Below are positions 1 to 8,192 of a stretch of DNA of 64,000 bases, piece after piece. Position 1 is the first letter of the stretch; each line of letters begins with the position of its first letter. Below the pieces are notes generated by a model that saw only the letters and a program-made list of their open reading frames with translations, searched no databases and was not told where the DNA came from. The position numbers and the translations under genes are program-made. This DNA is from Candidatus Parcubacteria bacterium. GTDB lineage: Bacteria > Patescibacteriota > Minisyncoccia > Phycocordibacterales > EsbW-18. The stretch is taken from positions 2,407-66,406 of the forward strand of contig JBDKFZ010000012.1 of the NCBI GenBank assembly GCA_039798445.1, read 5' to 3'.

Positions 1-552
1 GATGATCGCAAGGTGCTTGCGTGAAAGACCTGAGACGAGCGTCATGCCGAGCCAGATACCAAACGCAACAATGGCACCACCAAAGTCTGGCTGAACAAAC
101 AGAAGAATAAAAAAGATGAATGCATACGCGCCCGAGACAAAAATGTGGCGAGCGTGAGCGATCTCGACGTGCCGACGTGAAAAATATTTGGCCAAGATGA
201 TGACAAGCGCGAGCTTTGCCGGGTCAGACGGCTGAATAAAGAACACGCCAAGGTCAAAGCGCGACATGGCACCCATGGTGATCGTTCCGAGACCAAAGAG
301 AAGCGCGAGCGAGACAACTGATGCGATGAAAATGGTGACGACCACCGGCGTTGTGCGGAGAAATCGCCAGTCGACGAGGCTCGCACCAAAGAACACCGCA
401 ATCGAAACCAAGAACCACACAAGCTGTTGCTGAAAGAAGCTATTCGACGGTCCAAATGAGTTCATCGTCACCAATCCCGCCATGACGAGCAGCCCAGCAG
501 CACCGAGCATGAGCCAGTTCACTGAGCGACTAAAAGATGCGAGCGGAGACAT
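1..552 (-). CDS. rodA: FtsW/RodA/SpoVE (SEDS) family protein, probably RodA; 3' end runs off the window
   Basis: Not in the ORF track. Manual translation from ATG at 552 gives MSPLASFSRSVNWLML...FIQPSDPAKLALVIILAKYFSRRHVEIAH...LLFVQPDFGGAIV, with the SEDS motifs QPSE/D-x-AK and QPDxG. Confidence 0.85.
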   Translation of the reverse strand, partial: MSPLASFSRSVNWLMLGAAGLLVMAGLVTMNSFGPSNSFFQQQLVWFLVSIAVFFGASLVDWRFLRTTPVVVTIFIASVVSLALLFGLGTITMGAMSRFDLGVFFIQPSDPAKLALVIILAKYFSRRHVEIAHARHIFVSGAYAFIFFILLFVQPDFGGAIVAFGIWLGMTLVSGLSRKHLAII

Positions 553-555
553 GGT

Positions 556-1311
556 CTATCGGTCTGAAAATACAGGAATGATGTCGATCTGTGCCACGGA
601 ATCCGAGAACGGCTGCGGCCAGGTGAATACAACGCGCGTCTCAGCGAGCGCATCGAGTCCGTCGACGATGGTGCGCGATGCGTGGAGTGCATTGCCTTCG
701 ATGTCATAGAGGATCGCGACTGCGGCGAATTCCCCTACCGCATCGGTGGTATCGTTGTGCAAAATAGCAGTAACGGTCGGCTGCGTCGCCTCGTTCTCGA
801 TCTTCTCGTCGCGTACCGAAATATCGTATGGCAACTCATCTTGTCGGACCCATACCGGCTCACCGAGCGTGAATTCAGAACGGGTCGGGATGCGTGAGCC
901 TGTCTGCAAGCCGGTCTCAAAGATTGGTATCACACTCTTCGGTGGCAACGAGATGAGTCCCTTCTTTTCGTACACGAGCACGTTATCGGCTCCACGAAGC
1001 TTGAAGCTGTATGGAACATCAACAGCACCGACGGTGGCGTTTGGATTCTCGACAAGTGCGAGGGTGCTATAAACACCGGGGATCACATTAAAAAGACGGC
1101 TCCACTGTGTAAGTGCATCCGCCGCACTGAAGCTACAGATAATCGGACAGTTACCACCACAATCGACGCCATCCTCGAGCCCGTTCTGGATACCATCGGT
1201 ACACGTCGGTTCTTCATGAAAAAAGAAATACGTCGGCACACCAATGATAATCGCAAAGGCGACGATGAGACCCAAGAGATAGAGTGCGCGACGGCGGGAT
1301 GCCCAAGACAT
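556..1311 (-). CDS. Membrane-anchored hypothetical protein with a Cys-rich motif and probable Ig-like domains
   Basis: N-terminal TM helix, then PTCTDGIQNGLEDGVDCGGNC and beta-rich C-terminal regions. Start moved to ATG 1311, which lies just after a TATACT box. Confidence 0.75.
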   Translation of the reverse strand: MSWASRRRALYLLGLIVAFAIIIGVPTYFFFHEEPTCTDGIQNGLEDGVDCGGNCPIICSFSAADALTQWSRLFNVIPGVYSTLALVENPNATVGAVDVPYSFKLRGADNVLVYEKKGLISLPPKSVIPIFETGLQTGSRIPTRSEFTLGEPVWVRQDELPYDISVRDEKIENEATQPTVTAILHNDTTDAVGEFAAVAILYDIEGNALHASRTIVDGLDALAETRVVFTWPQPFSDSVAQIDIIPVFSDR

Positions 1312-1358
1312 GGGTATAGTATACAGCAAGTAGCAATTGGCAATGAGCAATTAAGAAT

Positions 1359-1467
1359 GCGAAGCGACCTGTCCATCCAAGGAGCCTACGGAGCGCGACT
1401 GGCGCGAGTCGAGCGGCGAGCTAGCAAGCGAGACCGCGTGCTCCTTGGAGGGAACAGGGAGCGGAGC
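1359..1467. repeat. Structured dispersed repeat, family A, copy 1
   Basis: 109 nt with 3 differences from 27681-27789. Closing stem cctgtccatccaaggagc / gctccttggagggaacagg. Confidence 0.9.
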
Positions 1468-1506
1468 AAGAGAGCGAAGGTCAGTTAGATGAGTTTCGGG
1501 ATAAAG

Positions 1507-1535
1507 AAAAACCCCAACGATTTGTTGGGGTTTTT
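1507..1535 (-). terminator. Rho-independent terminator downstream of 5S rRNA
   Basis: aaaaaccccaac-gattt-gttggggttttt hairpin with T/A tracts on both sides. Confidence 0.85.
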
Positions 1536-1551
1536 CTGTTCAAGCTCCTTA

Positions 1552-1660
<109 letters not shown>

Positions 1661-1723
1661 TACGAAGCTCGAAATAATATCAATGAACACCGGAGACTGG
1701 CCATCTCCTAAAAAGAGATGGTG

Positions 1724-1797
1724 TGGTGGACCTAGGAGGATTCGAACCTCCGACCTCGTGAGTATCAGTCACGCGCTCTACGCTGAGCTATAGGTCC
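1724..1797 (-). tRNA. tRNA-Ile(GAT)
   Basis: Acceptor stem GGACCTA/TAGGTCC, encoded ACCA, anticodon arm cgtga-ctGATac-tcacg, T-loop GGTTCGAATCC. Confidence 0.9.
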
Positions 1798-1819
1798 ACA
1801 TGAAAAACATTGTGAAGAA

Positions 1820-2017
1820 CTACACGCGCGGGCGTCCGGAGGGCACGAAACCCTCTCTGATAAGAACGAGTTGCCTCGCTCCATCAGAACGTCCACCTAA
1901 GCCTTCCGGAGGATCCGGAAGTGTCTGACACTCTCGCGTCATGACTTGCCTTCGGAAACGACGGAGCGACCCGTGCGCAATGACCGGACCGTAGTCCGAC
2001 CAATCTTCGATGTTCAT
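1820..2017 (-). CDS. Possible 65-aa ORF in the 23S-tRNA spacer (doubtful)
   Basis: The ORF fills the spacer between two boxA-like motifs. No SD and no recognisable motif. Confidence 0.25.
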   Translation of the reverse strand: MNIEDWSDYGPVIAHGSLRRFRRQVMTRECQTLPDPPEGLGGRSDGARQLVLIREGFVPSGRPRV

Positions 2018-2404
2018 TGAATTGTGAAAGATCGTCCTGTGACGCCATTAACAACTTCATACTGTAGAGAATGAGAGAAACGTGGGGATTTTGTTTTGAT
2101 TTTCAGATTACCTAACAAGAGAATTCGACGAATTAGTACATCTCGGCTGAACACATTGCTGTGCGTACACCTAATGCCTATCAACGTGATCATCTCTCAC
2201 GGTTCTTAATGATTCCTAATCTTGGAACTGGCTTCCCTCTTAGATGCTTTCAGAGGTTATCCATGCCCGACATAGCTACCCAGCGTTGCCCTTGGCAGAA
2301 CAGCTGGTACACCAGAGGTCAGTTCACTCCGGTCCTCTCGTACTAGGAGCGAATTTCCTCAAGAATCGACGCCTGCAGCAGATAGGAGACCAACCTGTCT
2401 CACG

Positions 2405-2765
2405 CATGATATCAACAATTACTTGTTGCATTGGACTATAGCTTCATCCCATAAGGATGGCCGACGTTTAGTCTCTACGGGTCTTCTTGCGAAGTTCCCT
2501 CGGTATCACCTTCGAAAAGGCTCCACCGATATAAGTCAGCTTGATCCACGTGCATTGCTGCATGTGGCCGCCGTGATGCGATTGGTTCTCTTTTAACCCC
2601 ATGACAACTCATGAGGAAAAACCAACACGATATCTCTATCATGTATTAGGTTTTTATCTTCGACGAAAAGACTTTTCTTCAATTTTCTTCGGATAGATAA
2701 CATTACTCTCGATTCATCAGGGTTCAGACTGTCCAAGACACGGATCTTCATCCATGAATTCCTGA
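2405..2765 (-). ncRNA. Group I intron (361 nt) at the L2593-equivalent site of 23S rRNA, no endonuclease ORF
   Basis: Interrupts gggttcagaccgt^cgtgagacag. The 5' exon ends in U and the intron ends in G. Core R-like cgtagagactaaacg and S-like aagctatagtcc elements are present. Confidence 0.88.
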
Positions 2766-2791
2766 ACGGTCTGAACCCAGCTCACGTACCT

Positions 2792-2825
<34 letters not shown>

Positions 2826-3424
2826 TCTCCAGCCCCGGGATGAGGTGAGCCGACATCGAGGTGCCGAACACCGCCGTCGCTGTGGACGCTCGGGCGGTAC
2901 TAGCCTGTTATCCCCAGAGTAGCTTTTATCCGTTGAGCTCCCCCCGCGTCTAATGCGCAGGGTCGGATCACTATGCTCTGCTTTCGCATCTGCTCGACAT
3001 GTCCGTCTTGCAGTTAAACTCCCTTATGCCATTACACTATCGGCACGGTTTCCATTCGCGCCTAGGGAATCTTAATAGACCCCTCCGTTACTTTTTAGGA
3101 GGGATTCGCCCCAAACAAACTACCTACCAGATACTGTTCCCGTGCGTTTTTGCCGCACAGGTTAGAATGCACAACTCAAAAGAATGGTATTTCACTGACG
3201 AGTAACGTACAACCGAAATCATACGCATAACCTCTCCCATCTATTCTACGCAATTGACTCGTGCACCCAATATCAAGCTGTAGTAAAGCTTCTGGGGTCT
3301 TTTCGTCTAGCTGCAGGTAACCGGCATCTTCACCGGTATTGTATTTTCACCGAGCGGGTCCTCGAGACAGTTCCCCAGTCGTTACACCATTCGTGCGCGT
3401 CAGAACTTACCTGACAAGGAATTG

Positions 3425-3463
<39 letters not shown>

Positions 3464-4690
3464 CAGGGCTTATATAGCTCAGCCTCAACCTTGCGGAAGA
3501 GACCCTCCATAGTTGACCTTCTGGCATTGGTCAGGTGTCACCCCCTATACATCCTCTTACGAGTTCGCAGGGAGCTGTGTTTTTGTTAAACAGTCGCCAG
3601 GGATACTTTCGCTGCGGCCCCTCTTGCGAGGGGCAGGCCTTATCGCTAACTTACGGCCGCTTTTTTGCCGAGTTCCTTGAGGACCTCTCACTCGTTCGCC
3701 TTGGTCTACTCGACCAAACCACCGGAGTCGGTTTGCGGTACGGGTTCCTTGATATTAACTTTAGAAGATTTTCTTGGAGGCGTGCTTTGTATCATTCCCC
3801 AGCACGAGGCTGAGTTCTCGACAACGCTTGGGATAGTGCCAGCCGGATTTACCAAACTGACGCCCTCATGTCGCCGACGCAAATCCAATAATGCGCGATA
3901 CATACTACACCCCGTCTCTCCATCAGATATCCGGGAAGTCATGGAATATTAACCATGTGTCCATCACCTACGGCGTTCGCCATTGGCTTAGGCCCGACTA
4001 ACCCTTCGCTGATTGACATCGCGAAGGAAACCTCGGTTTTTCGGCGTGCGGGGATTTCACCCGCATTGTGGTTACTTGTGCCAACATTCTCTCTTCCCAA
4101 CGCTCCACCGTGGGTCACCCCTTCGGCTTCATCGCGATGGAAATGCTCTCCTACCGCTCATCACACTGAGTGTGATAAACCCTCAACTTCGGTACGATGC
4201 TTAACCCCGATCATCTACGGCGCGGGATCTCTAAGTGAGTGAGCTGTTACGCTTTCTTTAAAGGATGGCTGCTTCTAAGCCAACCTCCTCAATGTCAGAG
4301 AAATCCCACCTCCTCACGTGTACTGAGCATCGATTTAGGGACCTTAATTTGAGATCAAGGGCTGTTTCCCTTTTGACCAGTGGAGCTTAGCCCCCACGGT
4401 CTAACTGCCTGGCATTTAATCTCGAGTATTCGGAGTTTGATTGGTTCAGCGAGCTTTCGCCCTGTCCAAACCATCCAGTGCTCTACCCCTCGAGGGTACG
4501 CTCAGACGCCAGCCCAAAAGCTGTTTCGGAGAGAACCAGCTATTACTAGGTTCGATAAGCTTTTCACTCCAACCCACAAGTCATCCCAAGATTTTGCACC
4601 ATCAACGGGTTCGGGCCTCCCTCCATCTTTCGACAGAGTTCACCCTGCTCATGGGTAGCTCACCTAGCTTCGGGTCTTACGCACACGACT

Positions 4691-4758
4691 ATTAATAGAA
4701 GCTGGAAGCCAGACTTGAAGGCGAACCTTTTTGTCTGACTTCTAGCTTCTATATGTTT
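4691..4758 (-). other. Hairpin insertion (expansion segment or IVS-like) in 23S rRNA
   Basis: About 65 extra nt versus typical 23S, forming a ~19-bp stem tagaagctagaagtcagac / gtctggcttccagcttcta. Confidence 0.7.
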
Positions 4759-5749
4759 CGCGCTATTAACACTCGGTTTCCCTGCAGCTTCATCCGACAA
4801 AGGATTTAGCTTATGCCGCGTGCGTAAACTCGTTGGCTCATTCTTCAATAGGCACGCCATGACGGTCTTGCGACCGCTCTGACTCCTTGTAGGCATATGG
4901 TTTCAGATCTATTTCACTCCCCTTTCCGGGGTTCTTTTCACCTTTCCCTCGCGGTACTAGTTCACTATCGGTCTCTATGTGTATTGAGCCTTGCCAGTTA
5001 GTTCTGGCGGATTCCACCAAGCTATTCGTGTCTTGATGTACTCAGGAACGATAACTAGAAAGTTGCATTCTTTTCGCTTACAGGGCTATTACCTCCTTGG
5101 GCCGCTCTTTCCAGAGCATTCAGCTAAGAACGCATTTTGTAACTTTCTCCTTGTCAAAAGACAGGCGTTATCGCCCTACAACCCCACCTCGTGCAAGCAC
5201 GCTGTGGTTTGGGCTTCTCCCGTTTCGCTCGCCGCTACTCAGGGAATACAAGTTTGTTTATTTTCCTCCCGGTACTGAGATGTTTCACTTCCCGGGGTAA
5301 GCTCCTGTCTGATTATTCAGACAGATCACATGGGTTCACCATGCGGGGTTTCCCCATTCGGAAATCTCCGGATCAAAGGTTGTTAGGCACCTCCCCGAAG
5401 CGTATCGCCGCCGACCGCGTCCTTCATCGCCACATAGAACCAAGGCATCCACCATACGCCCTTAGATCTCCTGTTAGGAAATCTAAAAACCTCTACATTA
5501 TCTTCCTACATTTCTTACCCTCCATAACTTGCGTCATGGAGGACTACAATCCACCCGATGCACTTTCGTACATCAGGCTTACCTGTTTTTCTTAATTCTC
5601 TACAGTATGAAATTGTCAACGTACATCAGCTCTCTCTTAAAAAACAAATTCCGCCTCGCGGGCGGATTCCTGGGGTCGAGCACTTCCGTGCAAGGCCTTA
5701 GGGCATCCGCTGCGTCTTGGGAAGTGAATTCATAATCGAGAGTGAGGGC

Positions 5750-5778
5750 ATTATATACGGCTCAAAATAAGGTGTCAA
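5750..5778 (-). promoter_or_regulatory. Sigma70 promoter of the 23S-tRNA-5S unit
   Basis: Perfect TTGACA-17 bp-TATAAT on the minus strand. Confidence 0.9.
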
Positions 5779-5934
5779 CTCCGTCCCATGCTTTACCCGC
5801 CTCATATATTGGGTATTGGGGTAGGCTCCAAAAAAGGACAAAATATAAGGCTTTTTTGGAGGGTCAATTTGATAACCTGTGGAAAGCCTGGGGATTCACT
5901 CTATTTTCATTATCTGCCTGTACAATAGGGTCTT

Positions 5935-7389
5935 ATGAACGAAAAAATACCGCCCGTTGAAGCCTCTGTTGAAAGACCACCAAAAGCAAAAGAACTCTGG
6001 ATCTCAGCTTCTGAAACATTCCCCGAAGAAGAGCTTTCTCGCATGGTTCAGGAGCAAGAATTTACAACAACGGTCCGACTCGGTGACAGAACACCCAACA
6101 GTGAAGATCCAAAGGGTGCATATCATCCGGGACACTTTGTCGCCTTCCGCATCAAGCGTCCTGACGGTACATTCGCGCAGGATATACCGGTCGTCATCAC
6201 CGAAACACGACTAGAACAAATTGCCACGATGCCAGAAGAAGCACTTACGAACGATCCAGTTGACGGCGATACAAAAGAAAAACTAATCGTGCGTCTCGAA
6301 GGGGCATACAACAAAACAATCGCTCCCACCGACATCGTAACGATTGTTAATTTTGAAAATGCCGACGGTCTCGCCTCAGTCGAAGATCTTCTGCGTACAC
6401 ACGTACTCGCACGTGCCGAAGCGCCGCTCGACAATCCAAAGGATATAGAATTCGATTGCTACACTGTCCCCCTCATCGAACACGACTACCCAGCAAAAAC
6501 GCCGGTGATGTGGAACGCCGCGTACAAAGCATTCGGTATCGATGCTGGCAACATCATGCTTGTTGGTGATCCAACATCTGGCGAACACATTTTGTCCGCT
6601 CTCAAAAAGGATGAACACTACATCGGTGGAGGCGCGGGTGTCGGCTTCAAAGACGCAGTTGTAGAACACCTTGATGAGCTCGACGAAACAGCAATAGAAG
6701 CCGGCTCGGTCAATTTCATACTAAAAACCGAGGCGGGTCAGCTTCGCGGTTTTAACACAGACGGCCTTGGATTCGCTGAAGGCCTCGAAGATCTCTTCTC
6801 CCAGAACGATGAGTCTCTCACGGGAAAACGGATGATTATTCTTGGTTCCGGTGGGACAGGCAACGCTGTTGCTTCGGCACTCGCCGGCAAAGGCGCTCGA
6901 CTAACCATCATCAACCGCACTGTCGAGAAAGCGCAGCAGTTGGCCAAAAAGATGAACGAACGATATGGAGTAGACACCGCGACCGCAGACAGCGAGGACT
7001 CTATCGCTACGCATGTTCAAACAGCTGACGCCATCATTAACGTCTCAACAAAAGGATCAAAAGGCGCACTTGAGGGATATTCGGCACTTGCTCCCGCCTC
7101 TCTCCCTGCAAACCCAGAGAACCTCGAAGCAAATCTCAAGAGCGCGCAAGAGATTTTCGAGATGATTCCGAAAAATGCGATTGTCGCTGACGTAGTGCTT
7201 GCAGGAAAACCAACCCCCCTCATCGCTGAAGCACATGCACGCGGCCTTCGTACAATGGATGGGATACCGATGGTCATCAACCAAGGGGTCAAAGCTTTCA
7301 TGATCCTACATGGGGACGAGCTCGCCGAAAAAGGCTTCACCGAGGACGACGTAAAGAGAGTTATGAACGAGGCGGCCTCTCGAGCATAG
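5935..7389 (+). CDS. Shikimate dehydrogenase-like protein with an N-terminal ASCH/PUA-like domain
   Basis: C-terminal ~300 aa has PxMWNAAY, GSVNFI, GFNTDGLGF, ILGSGGTG, INRTVEKA and DGIPMVINQG. N-terminal ~140 aa has TTTVRLG...LEGAYN...DIVTIVNFE, an ASCH-like pattern. Confidence 0.8.
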   Translation: MNEKIPPVEASVERPPKAKELWISASETFPEEELSRMVQEQEFTTTVRLGDRTPNSEDPKGAYHPGHFVAFRIKRPDGTFAQDIPVVITETRLEQIATMPEEALTNDPVDGDTKEKLIVRLEGAYNKTIAPTDIVTIVNFENADGLASVEDLLRTHVLARAEAPLDNPKDIEFDCYTVPLIEHDYPAKTPVMWNAAYKAFGIDAGNIMLVGDPTSGEHILSALKKDEHYIGGGAGVGFKDAVVEHLDELDETAIEAGSVNFILKTEAGQLRGFNTDGLGFAEGLEDLFSQNDESLTGKRMIILGSGGTGNAVASALAGKGARLTIINRTVEKAQQLAKKMNERYGVDTATADSEDSIATHVQTADAIINVSTKGSKGALEGYSALAPASLPANPENLEANLKSAQEIFEMIPKNAIVADVVLAGKPTPLIAEAHARGLRTMDGIPMVINQGVKAFMILHGDELAEKGFTEDDVKRVMNEAASRA

Positions 7390-7476
7390 GTAAAAATGAT
7401 TTTAGCAACAACGAACTCCGCCCCAGACTGCGAGCGGAGTTCGTTGCGCGCGTCGGTGGCGGAGTGATAGAGAAAG

Positions 7477-7683
7477 TTACATCACCTTGAGGAGGGTGAA
7501 TGCGACCTGTCCAGGCCGCGGTGATGGAGCGACGGAAACGACTCGCGCCACCCCGTAAAACTGAGCGAGCTCCCAGGAGACTTGGTCTCCTTCCTTGAGA
7601 TTCCACTCTTGAGGCACGTGTTCCACCACCTCCTCGTTGTGATCGAACTTCTGAAAATGGAGTAGACCAATTTCGATATTCAT
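7477..7683 (-). CDS. Small hypothetical protein (68 aa)
   Basis: SD GAGGAG upstream of the ATG. Followed by a hairpin (caacgaactccgc / gcggagttcgttg) at ~7409-7446. Confidence 0.6.
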   Translation of the reverse strand: MNIEIGLLHFQKFDHNEEVVEHVPQEWNLKEGDQVSWELAQFYGVARVVSVAPSPRPGQVAFTLLKVM

Positions 7684-7753
7684 CGGCTTCTCCTCGGTAG
7701 GGTGTCCGTTGACGAGAGTATTCTCTCTTCAAACCTTTTGCAACTCCAAAAGA

Positions 7754-7781
7754 AAAACCTCCCCGAGATGGGGAGGTTTTT
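7754..7781 (-). terminator. Rho-independent terminator after the RRM gene
   Basis: aaaacctcccc-gagat-ggggaggtttt. Confidence 0.8.
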
Positions 7782-7804
7782 CTGACACCGAGGTGTCCGG
7801 GATA

Positions 7805-8110
7805 TTACCAGCGGTTGCCGCTGTCGTATCCGCCGTTGTCGCGGCGAGGAGGACGCTCTGCCATTGGGCGAGCGACATTCACCGTGAGAGGACGACCATC
7901 GAAATCCTTCTCGTGGAACATTTCGATTGCCTTCTGTGCGTCTGCTTCAGACGACATCTGGACGAAACCGAAGCCTTTCGAGCGACCGGTCATCTTGTCC
8001 TTAATAATGGTTGCTGATGCAACCGCACCGGCCTGGCTAAAGTGGTCCGTGAGCGTCTGCTCAGTGGTACCGTAGCTCAAGTTTCCGACGTACAATTTTG
8101 CGTTATCCAT
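7805..8110 (-). CDS. RRM-domain RNA-binding protein
   Basis: RNP2 LYVGNLSY, RNP1 KGFGFVQM and GRPLTVNVARP. Start set at MDNAK. Confidence 0.93.
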   Translation of the reverse strand: MDNAKLYVGNLSYGTTEQTLTDHFSQAGAVASATIIKDKMTGRSKGFGFVQMSSEADAQKAIEMFHEKDFDGRPLTVNVARPMAERPPRRDNGGYDSGNRW

Positions 8111-8192
8111 ACTGCTTGTTATGTCCCATCCGCTTATCGCTTCAGGAGACCCTATAAACACTGACCAGAGTACCAGACTCTTGATAAAAAGT

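Noticed and set aside
42-455. 137-aa minus-strand ORF from the track
   Set aside because: Wrong frame; the rodA frame (552 to 1) explains the region.
2580-2765. Homing endonuclease inside the intron
   Set aside because: Only very short ORFs are present (e.g. MDEDPCLGQSEP*), with no LAGLIDADG, GIY-YIG or HNH motif visible.
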